Source of the DNA: Octopus bimaculoides
Taxonomy: Eukaryota
Assembly: GCF_001194135.2 (NCBI RefSeq)
Contig: NC_069005.1
Coordinates: forward strand, 32,936,485 to 33,000,484
Length of the DNA: 64,000 bases
Direction: 5' to 3'
The notes beneath the pieces are model-generated. The model was not told the DNA's origin. It saw only the letters and a program-made list of their open reading frames with translations, and ran no database searches. Positions 11,759-24,800 of this stretch are shown in pieces (position 1 is the first letter of the stretch; each line of letters starts with the position of its first letter). The translations under genes were made by a program, and so were the position numbers.

Positions 11759-13440
11759 GTCGCTAATAAACAGAGGATGGAATTAGTGACGGAGAAATAT
11801 TGGAATATTATCAGTGTGATGATAATCTGTGTTGCTATAGCGATTGAAACAGAGTGATCAACAAAAACCATCTCGAATATGATCATATCCCCACCTCTAC
11901 ACACACACACACAGGTCTTGCTATTAACAATTATTTTTTTTTCTCGTTTTTGTTTCATTTATTTATTACTTACAGCATTTTTGTTCGCTGAGAGACCCAT
12001 CCCCCCTCCACCAAGTCTTAAAGTATACAACCATGTGAAATTTTACAAATGGCTTTCATATCTAGGTGCATTTTTACCTGTGCCGACTGTTACAATAATT
12101 AAAACCCACCGCCGCCACCACCACCACCACCACCGCCAGCAGCAGCACCCAGTGCCACTTGAAAGAGAGAGAGAGAGAGAGAAAAAGAGAGAGAGGAGGA
12201 CTAGCAGTGCTACTTGTATTAGTCAGGGAGAGACCAAAAGTAAATACATGTTAGAACACAGCTTATTGATCTTTTATTCAGTTTACAAGTCGAGAGCAGA
12301 CAAAATGCCAATTGAGGAAACTAATTGAAGATATTGTCGTCACGAGCATGTGCAGTAGCAATCTGTTAACGTAGCAGTTTAAAAATAAGAGGATTTTAAG
12401 CAAGAAAATTATCCTAAATGCTTCAGGATAATATAAGCAATAAGTACTTTTGTGTGGCAGATAATAACAAAAGGTACTGAAGGATTTAATTTCTTTCCTT
12501 AATATCCAATCTCCTATTGGCTAAATTTGTTCAATGAAATGATTTATTCACTGGCCCTGCCTACCACAGCCACACAGCACCAGTAGCTGCTGCTTTCTCC
12601 TATGACACATTATCAATAATAACATCACTGCAGCTATATTATTTTCAGTTTTATCATCATCACCGCCACCACTGCCAACACCATTCCTGCCCCATGTTCA
12701 CTGTAACTGGGGAGAGAACTAAGAAAGGAGCGTAATATTTGAGCAGCAAATTTAATCTTTTGCTTCAGCTAATCATATGACTTGAGAGGAGAGAGAAGAG
12801 CAAACAAAAATTTATGTGTTTAGTGATTAAATTGAATCACTGAATCAACAGATGCCACATGACAAACAACATATAAACAACAATACCACCAAAACAGTTT
12901 GTTGTTGTTTATAAATACTGTAATACATCAACAGCGACACTGAAGATTGTAACTATAATTAATACCTAAATCTGTTTCCCCCCCCCCTCACTTGACAACC
13001 GATGCTGGTGTGTTTACGTCCCCCGTAACTTAGCGGTTCGGCAAAAGAGACCGATAGAATAAGTACTAGGCTTACAAAGAATAAGTCCTGGGGGTCAATT
13101 TGCTTGATGCTGAGCTAATCTTTTCTTGTTGGAAAATACTTGAAACTCAAGAAATATTAATTAGAATAACAATGATTATGAAAATCCTAATCCGAAAATG
13201 TATGAATAATGAAAATAATTTCATTTCCAATTATTGTACTAATTGTTAATTTAGAAACTATTCTGATTCATAAAGTCTGACATTTTTGATCATTAAACAT
13301 CACATTTCATTTCTGTTTTTTTACAAACTAATTATACCATTCATCAAATATGCGGACCCTTTTCTCTTTCTCAACAATCTCTTATGAAATCCTTTTCAGT
13401 TAACTTCCTAGCAATTAAGTTTTCAGACCCAACCTTTTAT

Positions 13441-13731
13441 ATCTTTTACTCGTTTCAGTCATTAGCCCCTGTGGCCATACTGGGGCACTGCCTTGAAGAA
13501 CTTGACTTCAGTACTTCCATTCTTTTCTTTTTTTTTTTTAAGCCTATTGTCAAGCAATGGAGGAAGACAAAAACAGACCACAACACACAAACGACAGGCT
13601 TCTTTTAGTTTCTGTCGACCAAATCCACTCGCACAGCTTTGTTAAGCCCAAGTCCAAGGTGCCATGCAGTGGGACTGAACCTGGAACCATGTGGCTGGGA
13701 AGCTCCTTACCACACCACAACACCTGTGCCT
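13441..13731 (-). mobile_element. tRNA-derived SINE-like element (family B)
   Basis: Minus-strand B-box-like ggttcagtcccactgc and 3' tail gccccagtatggccacag...aatgactgaaacgagtaaaagat. Related copies at about 3033-3195, 28658-28725 and 60725-60834 (the last with ggttcgatccc). Confidence 0.72.
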
Positions 13732-14294
13732 AACTTTCTTTCTAATAACCTGTCCTAACTTGAACCAATGAGAAAGCCTTAACATCAGCCAGTTTCAACC
13801 CTTTTTCATTTTTTTGATCCACAGCACAAAAAAAAAGGGTACTAAATGTGTTGTGACACAGAACCACCTTGCTTCAAAAAAAGCAGGTATTGACAATGTT
13901 TTAAAGCAGAAGTGAGCAGGAGACACACTCACCCACACATTGCACTTTCCCACAAAGAAATACTCATGCACCACTATAGTGTAATGAAAGACACTCAAGC
14001 GTTCTAAAAATTCTTTGCAGTTTTTAGGTTACCTCAAAAGCTCATGACACACTTGAAGGCCGTGTGCCACAATTACAGCAGATGATGATGATGATGATGG
14101 TGGTCATACACTGTAGATGTGAATGGACTTGTAAAAGAAGACAGGCTGCATCACTTTTCATTTTGAATTCAAATTTTGCCAAGATCAACTTTGTCCTTCC
14201 ATCTTGAGAGGGTTGCTGACATAAAATAGTCATGCTGTATCAGCAGGATGGTGTAATCAACTATTCCTGACTCTTTATTAAATTTGTGACCTTA

Positions 14295-15086
14295 TCAATG
14301 TGAATACCCGTCAGAGTGTAAGTATCTTGAGAGAAAAGCTGAACATTAGAAGCATCAGTTGTGGCGTGCAAGAGAGACGATTGCGCTGGTATGGACATGT
14401 GGTGAGAATGGAGGAGGATAGCTGCGTGAAAAAGTGCCACACCCTAACAGTTGAGGGAACCCGTGGAAGAGGTAGGCCCAGGAAGACCTGGGCTGAGGTG
14501 GTGAGGCAAGACCTTCGTACATTGGGCCTCACCGAGGCGATGANNNNNNNNNNNNNNNNNNNNNNNNNNNNNNNNNNNNNNNNNNNNNNNNNNNNNNNNN
14601 NNNNNNNNNNNNNNNNNNNNNNNNNNNNNNNNNNNNNNNNNNNNNNNNNNNNNNNNNNNNNNNNNNNNNNNNNNNNNNNNNNNNNNNNNNNNNNNNNNNN
14701 NNNNNNNNNNNNNNNNNNNNNNNNNNNNNNNNNNNNNNNNNNNNNNNNNNNNNNNNNNNNNNNNNNNNNNNNNNNNNNNNNNNNNNNNNNNNNNNNNNNN
14801 NNNNNNNNNNNNNNNNNNNNNNNNNNNNNNNNNNNNNNNNNNNNNNNNNNGGCACATAAAAGACACCATTTCGAGCGTGGTCGTTTTCGTGCGGGTGACA
14901 CGTAAAAGCACCCACTACACTCTCTGAGTGGTTGGCGTTAGGAAGGGCATCCAGCTGTAGAAACTCTGCCAAATCAGACTGGAGCCTGGTGTTGCCATCC
15001 GGTTTCACCAGTCCTCAGTCAAATCGTCCAACCCATGCTAGCATGGAAAGCGGACGTTAAACGATGATGATGATGATGATGATGAT
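14295..15086 (+). mobile_element. Young 5'-truncated RTE-clade LINE copy with (GAT)n tail; contains gap 14544-14850
   Basis: Translation ...RRLRWYGHVVRMEEDSCVKKCHTLTVEGTRGRGRPRKTWAEVVRQDL..., then a 3' UTR ending gcggacgttaaac(gat)8. Near-identical to the copy at 39635-40749. Confidence 0.92.
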
Positions 15087-16357
15087 ACCTACGTTAGAAA
15101 TCAATATTAATTAAAGTAATTCACTACGAGAAAACTTGTTCCAGAAGTGTTGAAAATGTCTTAATTCTATTTCCAATGCTTTGAAACAAAAAAAATAGTC
15201 AGATCTAACTAAATTATATTATGTTCAATTCTTACAAAAGGAAATGAAAAAAAAGTAACATATACCAAATTACAGCCATGGCATTACTTGAAAATTATCT
15301 GAATAAGTTATTTGGAGTTAGGAGAGACAGGTATTGCGGAATACATTTGGTTAAATACCAGTTGTCAGGCATAATTTCGTCATCAGTGTTACTGTTTCTA
15401 GAAGGTTAGCTTCCAGATTCTGATTATGTTTGTCTTATAGATTCACAATATAATGAGGAGAGAGAGAGAGAGAGATTTTTATCTAACAGGTATTTTGATA
15501 TAAACAACAAGGAGATGAACTCTAGACCATGTAAAGAGACATGTTGTCAATCCTACTAGTGACAATGGTGAAGTCCTGTAAGTGAAGGAGGTTTAGAGCA
15601 ATGTAAAGTAAATGAATGGAAGCGAGTTGTTAACAGGCCTAAACATAAATGCTTTGGAGAAGAATTAAAGAAAGAGCAGGTTGGGATAAAGACTGGAAGA
15701 GAATAAAGGAAGGAAAATCTTCAATGCAAAATGAGAAAGCCAGCTGTAAAGATTATGGAAATGAAGAGTAAAAGAAAAACCTTAAGTAAGCCACCGCAAG
15801 ATAGAGCTTCCAACAAAACAAAGCATTAGACTTGGTTTTTTTTTTTAATGGTCTTATCAATAAAAATATTTCTTAAATAAACAGGTAACGAAAAATGGCT
15901 TCTCAAAAGTTAATTATTCAAATTACCACAACTTGTTTTAGAAAACTGTTTGAATGTAACAATAAAGCTGGAAAGTAAATTTCAATAATACCAAAAAAAA
16001 AAAAAAATAATAATAATAATAAAATCAAGATTGAGAAGAAGAAGAAGAAGGATAGAAATTGCTAAAAGCTGTTCTGTTAATTAATAATGATATAATTATA
16101 CTAAACATTATTATTTCCACAAGTAAATTAAAGATTGTAGCTCTTTTAAGTAAGGGAAGTGAGGAGGTGGGGGGATTGAGCATTGCTCAGAAACTAACAC
16201 TGAAATTCCTTTCTTGTGTTTGTATTTAGAGCATAGAGTCAGTATTATGGTCTTAGAAAACAAAGTCTGCAGCACGGTTTCAATTTCTGGTGATAGCTGT
16301 TTCTTTTCACATATGGTGCTAGAAACTATGTTAACATTACAACCATACACAACTTAC

Positions 16358-16540
16358 CTATTATCACTTCAACCACACTGGGTAATTTGTTTGCATTCTC
16401 GTTATATGCATCTTTGGCATCTAGCACTTCCCCAGGGTAGTATCGACTCCATTCATCCAAGACGGATCGAGAAGCCTGGTCTGTATCCCGGTAGGTATTG
16501 CCAGTCAGAGTACCACACAGACCGTATGGAGCAAGGATTA
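16358..16540 (-). CDS. MED13: MED13 coding exon: (V)ILAPYGLCGTLTGNTYRDTDQASRSVLDEWSRYYPGEVLDAKDAYNENANKLPSVVEVII
   Basis: Acceptor ttccctttgttgtag|TAATCC and donor ATAG|gtaagt; 183 bp, phase 1/1. Matches VILCPFGLNGTLTG...EWKQFYP...VEVLV (recalled). Confidence 0.96.
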
Positions 16541-16689
16541 CTACAACAAAGGGAAACAAGAAAACATCAGGGAAGGTTTCAATCAAGAAATGCAGTTTAG
16601 AAGATGGCAACTTATTTTTACTGGGAGTGGGGGAAAAAATAAACATGATTTTTATTTTTTGAAAAAAAGTTTTTTAAAAGTGATTTTAC

Positions 16690-16835
16690 CTTGTAGAGGA
16701 GAAGTGCTTTCTTGCACCAGGGTAAGATGTTGGGGAGTTAGCCTCCATACTGGAGGGTGTTGTTTAATCTCTATACTGGCACACACACTACTTTCTCCAT
16801 GAAGGAAAAAATGGAAGCAGAATGATAAATGGGAA
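16690..16835 (-). CDS. MED13: MED13 coding exon: (S)SHLSFCFHFFLHGESSVCASIEIKQHPPVWRLTPQHLTLVQESTSPLQ
   Basis: Acceptor cttcttcttcag|TTCCCA and donor TACAAG|gtaaaa; 146 bp, phase 2/1. Matches [28 protein letters not shown] (recalled). Not in the supplied ORF track. Confidence 0.96.
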
Positions 16836-17218
16836 CTGAAGAAGAAGAAGAAAACAAAGCAAGATTAGAGTTTGTTTTGAAAACCTTTTCTTTTATTTAT
16901 TTACTAACATCTTCAGACAGAGACACAAGAAATGACAAAGATAACTCTTACAGGTATTACAAAGAGCTCTGATTACTCAAGGGATATTGCATTTTATAGA
17001 ACAGAAATTTACATTGATACATTAAATCAATAAGTGATTTAATTTAAATAACTTGAAACAAAAGCAAAACAAAAAAAGAGCTACGATATTGAAAACATAA
17101 AAACTGCTCTACAGGTTTGCTGTCTTTGATTGATGCCATAAATAGATTTTCATTTGAATGTAATTGTTAATTAATTGATAAAATAGGACATGAGAGATAA
17201 ACACAGGTAGATATTTAC

Positions 17219-17299
17219 CTCCTGTCTGAAGGAGAATTTTGGTCATATGGCTGCACAAACCACTTTCCAAGCCGTATGAAGTTTTTTGTGAGTAGACAT
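17219..17299 (-). CDS. MED13: MED13 coding exon: (R)CLLTKNFIRLGKWFVQPYDQNSPSDR
   Basis: Acceptor ttttctttctgcag|ATGTCT and donor AGGAG|gtaaat; 81 bp, phase 2/2. Matches RCLMNRNFVRIGKWFVKPY of vertebrate MED13 (recalled). Confidence 0.96.
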
Positions 17300-17696
17300 C
17301 TGCAGAAAGAAAACAACAACATGTTAATTAGAAATAAATTAACAACAACAATAACAAACGGAAAATACATCATCAATTTATATTGCAGAACAGCTAAATC
17401 AATATCAATACAATTGAGAATATCAAAATAGGAAAACACTTGTAATGTTGTTTGTCTCGCTCCTTTCTATTAAGCACATAGCCAACAAGGGAGCATCGGA
17501 TTGAGTCAATGAAGGGAGAAACCAACGAGAGAGTGCCTGTAGAAACTGATGAGGATGGTTTTATGTGAGCCAATGAGGAAAAGATCTGTGTCGATCAATG
17601 AGGGTGGGACTAGCTGAGCCATTGTGGGACTGGCTATGCAATCATTTGACCTGATGAAAACACCAGCCAAATCTTATTCACAGCACACCCCAATGT

Positions 17697-17812
17697 CATC
17701 ATCATCATCGTCATCATCATTTAACGTCCACTTTCCATGCTGGCATGGGTTGGACAGTTTGACTGAAAACTGATGGTGGGGAGGCGTTGACACCAGATTC
17801 CGATCTGATTTG
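17697..17812 (-). mobile_element. Older RTE 3' UTR fragment
   Basis: (atc)n followed by ttaacgtccactttccatgctggcatgggttggac, the reverse complement of the RTE 3' terminus. Confidence 0.75.
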
Positions 17813-20024
17813 ACTATGAATCAACTTGCACTGCTGTTGGGAGGTGTGCATGCATGCATTTAGTAGACAACAAGGACCAAATCCCTTGTTCCCAAGCTAT
17901 TCCAATGGTGAGAGGGACAAAAGAATATCTGTGCTACCTGGACAGAATAAATACCAGGAAGCATTTCTGTTTGAATGCACCAGTTTATTAGTTTCCTTTC
18001 TCATCTTTACAGCCATCTGTTTGTTGGCAGATTGAACATCAAATACTAATATATTTTTAAGTTGTTAGATTTCGTTTGGTTATTTTGTTTTGCTTGATCG
18101 GTAAGGAAACACTCAAGCAAGAAAAAGCAAACGAAGGAACATTATTAAAACATAATTATAATGGAAACTGGCTGAGACAGTGTGAAACAATAACTGCAGT
18201 TTGTTATGAACAATAATGAATAGGCAGCGAGATAATCAAAGAAACACAAGCATTACCAAGAGTTCAGCAGTCACTCCAAGAAACCAAAATGCAACTTCAA
18301 ATTGCTTTGGAAGACTGCATGTATGTTTGTGGGAAATGTGTATATACACAGATGCATGTGAACAAATGTATAACTCAGATATGTCTACACACAACTGTGC
18401 ACACAATCGCTTTGTTGTTGTTGTTGTTAACATTACTGACAATGCTTCTCTCTCTCTCTCTCTCTGTGGATTGTAAAACATTGATGCAATGTGATGAAGG
18501 CATTTTGCTAACGTTATAGGTATTTCTAATCATCGCCTGCAGTTTTCCACTGAATGATGGAAGGAAAAGTGAAGCAGGTGCAACTAGGGATGTATTGAAA
18601 ATAATAATGGAAAATTTAAATTTCAGCAAAGAAAGGTGGGGGAAAGGGGGGGGGGGTTTAGTTTGAAATCATAGAAACATAATCAAGTGTGCTTTGTTGC
18701 TTTACCACATTCTAAGAGCAGAGGATTATTTAATTAGCACCTCAAAAAAAAAAAAAATGGTAGAATATGGTTGGCTACTTATTTAGTAACAAAGATTGCA
18801 GTTCAAAGACTCACATAGATGTAGCAGCTGAAAACTAACAAGGGCATGCATGCATTTGTGAAAGCCAGCCAACTTGCCACCACCACCACCACCACCACCA
18901 CACCCACTTACATCACAGCCCTACCACCACCACCACCACTGCCGCCATCATCAACCTATTTCTTTACACAATTATTTGAAGTGCTCTGCTTTCTGATCTT
19001 ACTCCTCTCACACCTTGGCATCCCTAGTTATTGGAATGCTGTGTTAGAAGGGAAATAACTTTATATTGCATGACCTCAGTACACCAATGATAAGCTCCTC
19101 TCTCAGATAAACGAGTTAAGCAGAATTAAATTGAAAGAAATGACCTGTCACAAGAGAGAGGGGGGGGAGAGAGAGAGAGGGAGAGGGAGAGAGAGAGAGA
19201 AAGCGAGAGAGGGGTGGTGGCAGTAATAATCAGTGCAAGGAGTGACATGTATTGAAGTATTTTCAAATGTAAACTAGGAAATGTAAAAGTTATTCAGCAT
19301 AAAAGAGTTTCATTATATTATTCAGATTTCAAAGTCAAACATCAACAGTCAATGTGTGTATAGATTACATACAACAAATAGCTAAATCTATGCTGTTACA
19401 CCTCATTTTTAACATTTATATCTCAACTATCACACGGATGAATAATCACAATTCTTTTTCTTTTTTTTTCTTTTTCTTTTTTCTTTTTTACTTTCAGTAG
19501 GTTTCAAAGGAAAATTTCTTTTAAAGTCAAATTTGGAATGGTTTGTATCATTGCCAGTCTCTAACAAGTGACAAATAAACCGACGACAGATATTAACCTG
19601 CTGGAAATAGCAGCTAAATCTCCTTCAAATCATAGTTGGAAAGACAAAGGAAAACGAAAGAGTCATTTAGGGGGCTGAGAGGGTAGAGAAGAAGAACCAG
19701 CGCAGTAATTGCAAACACTGGCTTTTATATCTTTGTCAACATTGGCTTTAAATTGACTCTATGTATGACTCTCTATGTATGACTCTCTATTTATGCACAT
19801 ATATCTGGGTGCCTATACATATGTGTGTGCACCTGTATTTATCTGTGCATACTTGTGTGTTTATGTGGGAGTAGACACGTGTATTTATCTGTGTGTGTGT
19901 GTGCACGTGTGCAGGTGTGTATTTCTGTCTGCATGTATGCACACGTGTGCATGTGTGAATCAGGCTCTATACTACAGACACTTGAAACTAATAGACTACC
20001 ACATCATAAAATTATTATTTTTAA

Positions 20025-20060
<36 letters not shown>

Positions 20061-20777
20061 CCAGCTTTTGGTTGACATTGTCCACACCCACACACAATTT
20101 GTCTGAATGCTTACAACACATTGCACGAGCTAGACAAAACAAACAACATGGTGTTGACGATGTGCCAACTGGTACACCAGAGCAACAAGCAGCTAGAGTT
20201 GCCAATTTTTAATACAAGTACACTAATAAAGGGATCAATTGCCGAGCATGAATGAATGGCAAGGCAAACTAGTTTTATCAACAAAGAAATGCAACAATGC
20301 TATTGAGAACACTTGTGAAAAGCCGCATTAGCAACTGATTTATAACATCCTACCATTATTGGCAAAAAAAAAAAAATCTAATTTTCTCTTTCACCACGAA
20401 ATTTTTAATTCGCATTACATAAAAATATGGCATATCGCTTTCTCGTTTTATCCTACTTGCAACTAATCAAAATGAATTAAAAGCACATTATTATTTACAA
20501 TTTTTAGTGACGAGATAATTTCTTTATCCTCCCAATACAAATCTTTCACTCCAAGGTCGAGCATTAATAAAGACATCTCCTCTATTTCTCACAGCAATTC
20601 AATAAAGTGAGAAGATCAAGGAGTAGCAGAAGAGAGGATTATGGATGTATTATACAGAATTCCAAAATTAATCATCTCCTAGACTTAACATGTAAATGAC
20701 GTTAAAATCAAATTTGCTAAATTCCTCAATTGTCTAAATGTGATACATACATATATGTATGTATGTATATACATACA

Positions 20778-20834
<57 letters not shown>

Positions 20835-21859
20835 NNNNNNNNNNNNNNNNNNNNNNNNNNNNNNNNNNNNNNNNNNNNNNNNNNNNNNNNNNNNNNNNNN
20901 NNNNNNNNNNNNNNNNNNNNNNNNNNNNNNNNNNNNNNNNNNNNNNNNNNNNNNNNNNNNNNNNNNNNNNNNNNNNNNNNNNNNNNNNNNNNNNNNNNNN
21001 NNNNNNNNNNNNNNNNNNNNNNNNNNNNNNNNNNNNNNNNNNNNNNNNNNNNNNNNNNNNNNNNNNNNNNNNNNNNNNNNNNNNNNNNNNNNNNNNNNNN
21101 NNNNNNNNNNTATATATATATATATATATATATATATTAGTTGTTGTTTTTAGAAGAGAAATGAAACAGATTTTGCCAGCAAAGATCAATAAATATTAAG
21201 ATGCAAACTTCCATGATAGATGTTCTTGCTGCATGTCTTCTATCAATAGAAGCTGACAGTCAGATCGTTTCTTCTCTTCTTTCTCCAAAACTAGGAAATG
21301 TAACCAAGATATTGCAGAAACAAAATTTCCTGCCACTAACAAGAATCATTCTAGATTCCACAGGCAGCAATTTGTCATCATTTCAGATTCTTGATTTGTT
21401 AAAACTATAAACCAAACTGTTCATTCAATCTGCCTTTCACTTTCCTGCTAATTTCTCTATTAACCTTTTCCAGAAATAACCTTCCTACTCAACACCGTTA
21501 ACTAATCAATTAACACAAGATTATACTAATCGTTTGCTAATCTTAGAGGATTCTTTTTCAAACAGATTATTTTTCTCAGTTCATCTTTACCCAAATGTCA
21601 TCAGATCAAATGAAAGCTTTTATTTTTGTTTTCCACGAAAGGATCTGCAATTCCATGAAACCAGAAGCAATCTGCTCTTATCAGTAGTTCTATCTTTTCC
21701 AGATTATTCCTCCAATACTAAACACCAATAACACCTGTTATGATATATATACAACTACATCTTCATGTTGGCCAATAGCAACAAGTGAAATGTAAAGAAT
21801 TCCTAAAGAGTTACATCAATTGCAACAGATAAGCAAGAATTACTGCTTTCATCTGTCAC

Positions 21860-21897
<38 letters not shown>

Positions 21898-24800
21898 TTC
21901 CAGAATGTAAAACAATGTGATTAACAAAGAATATAATACTAAAAACGAGTCGAAATAAAAACATTAAAAACATCAAATAATTTTCCATAACATTGTGGAA
22001 CCAGACAAAATATTCCTGATGAACAAGTGGGTGGGTAGGGGAGTGAATGGTGGTCGGTGAGTAGATAGGCAGGTAGGTAGGTAGGTAGGTAAGTAGGTAG
22101 GTAGGTGGTGAAATTTTACCATGTTCTCTATTCAACGTCATACTATCGTGTGCAGACGATTTCCTTGACTATTTTACAGAAATTCAGCAGGGTTTTTAAC
22201 CTTGATCAGTAGCAGTAAATCATCGTCGTCGTTGTTGTTGTCATCATCTTTGCACAATAGTTCACTAGATGTTCACATTGTTTGGCATCATGACAAGTCA
22301 GATATTTAAAATAGAAGTTTTGCTTCTACTATCAACTACTACACTACTATCCTAAAGTAGGTGGTATCCAAATGACATGACAGTATTATTGCAAACTAAA
22401 ACTAGTGTTGTTCACTTTAATCATTAAAAAAAAACAAAAAAACTAAAAACCTATTTTTAAAAAAAAGATGTTACTATGTCTAAAACAACTTGGATTTGTA
22501 ACAACAAACCCAACTGGTATGTTTAAATGTAAGAGATCACCGAAAAACATGCAAACAACAACACCTACATCTACGACGCCTAAACTGGAGTAAAATAAAA
22601 TAAATCTGACAGCTATCTCTCTTGTTCTGAATCAGTCAAGTGTTTGGCCCAGAGACTGTGCAGTTGTTATTTAGTAACATAAACTGTGCCCATGCTGACA
22701 GGCAGGAATTTAGAAATTAACTTGCAAAATACCAACTACAATTTAACGTGGTTCCCACTCTTTTAAGATATGCAGCACTAACCTGCAGGAATTTCAGAAT
22801 ATTCCTTAAAGAAAAAGTAGTAATCTTCAACAGAGATAATGCAATATCTTGCTTCACATATTATTTCTCCTCCTCTAGTAAAGAAACTGGAGATATTTTA
22901 CTATGGTACTGATGGTTAAACAATACACCATACTGACACTACAGTGTTACAAGGGATTCAACAAGGTGAATATTAAAGTAATGTCTTTAAATGGTGAAAA
23001 GCTAAGAGCTGTACACCTTCACAACCACGTACCAATGACTACCCAAGCACATAGCTTGCTATAGAAAGATATAAGAGGAGTTTATCCATAACACAAGTTC
23101 TATCTAGTGGTAGCTAGTAGTTCTGAATCAGAGCAGTTGTACAAATACCAAGAGAACATTGCATGTCTGTGGTGACTATAATGCAAGAGTTCATCAGATT
23201 TGTTCAGATTCTTATTCAACATCTTAATAGCAGTTAACCTCCTTCAAATCACACCACACCATTATAAAACATCTCGAAGAACATGGATAATATAATTTGT
23301 GTACACTACATCAAAATAGGAGGCAAGGTCAGAAGTAGCCATCCATCAAGGATGACCAGGAGTGGACACTGATACCATGACAAACAAAAATAGAGCTAAA
23401 CAACACAGTTTCATGTTTAGACATAACAGACGTTTTAATATAGAAAGTGGCTTCGTAACTAAGGACATACATGTTCTGAATAAAGAAATATAAGGTTTAA
23501 TTTGCAAGACGATGATATTGCTAAATAAATTAAAGTGTTTTATGCCATACTGTTGATATACAATTTAAATGTAACTGAAAACTCAGGGAGAGAGAGAGCA
23601 AAATTAATAAAATTTGTCACACCAATTTATCTAAGACTGCCTCTCATTCAAGGATATAAAATATTTGGTTTAAAAGTATTTATATGTAAATTAAAACCTT
23701 CCATATGAGAAGCATTTTGTTAAGCTAGGATGCAAGCACTGGCTTAACGAATAACTTTATTAAATATCTTGATTATTTCTGCATTAGAAATAGGGTGACG
23801 GGAGGGTTAATTCCTGGTAGTTCATCTGCATTTCATACAGCAGTGAAAAGTTAATGATGTATATGTAACAAGTAGTTATGTATAGCAAGTAATTATATAT
23901 AGCAAGTGATTATAAATTAATGAAGAAATCTCATACATTTCTAAAACTACACTTTATTCCTTCAAACCTCATCGATGGTTTTGATGAGGAATTTTCCTCC
24001 TTGGGCTCAATACAACAGAATGCTAAGCGATTTCTCTGAAACAACATGGACACCTGAATATGACTGAGGACATCAGATTAATAGCTGAATTAACTGTGTC
24101 TGTCATAGACTGAAACAGCTTATCTGTGTTTAAACACTGTCATATAAACGGTTTATACATTTTTATAGTCCACATTAACTTCAAAGCATAAAATTTGATA
24201 TTTTAAATGTCTATGTCATACTCGTATCAGATAACTCTTTTGAAACAAAGATAATGAGAGAAAAAAAAGACTATATTTTTCTCATAAAATATGCATCGAA
24301 ATACAACAGCAACTGGCAAAAAGTGGTGGCGGGGGAATAAGTTTGCCATGTATCAAATCATTGGTTAAATGAATATAATATACAATAAGCACTGTCAGAT
24401 CTATAACCAATCATATTGACATTACAATATGATTAGAAAGCAGTGTAATGTAGCTTATATCAGTGACAAAAGATAGTAAAGATCAATTTTATCAAGGTAA
24501 TATATTATTACAATATTCTCGTACAATCCATCAGAATTGCTAGGTATTTGATATACATTTCCCCCCACCCCAATTTCAAGATAACAAATTATCAAAATAT
24601 AATATTTCACTTTACATAAAATTATGGAGATTTTTTTTTCTTCTCTTCATTAAAATCCTCTCAGGCACCATTATTGATAAAGGATAAACTAGAAACCAAT
24701 ATGACCAAATACTAACAGCTCTTAGTGCAGTCAGTCACATACAGTACAAGGATATATAAACATTTGTCTGCTGTATGCAAAGTGTTTCAGGTCACATTTA

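Noticed and set aside
11879-12328. 149-aa plus-strand ORF with a poly-His run
   Set aside because: Built from (CAC)n, (GA)n and (CA)n microsatellites; no domain similarity.
18223-18320. Plus-strand coiled-coil-like frame EIIKETQALPRVQQSLQETKMQLQIALED ending at a GTATGT donor-like site
   Set aside because: In-frame stop just upstream, no polypyrimidine tract at the possible acceptors, no partner exons and no recognisable family.
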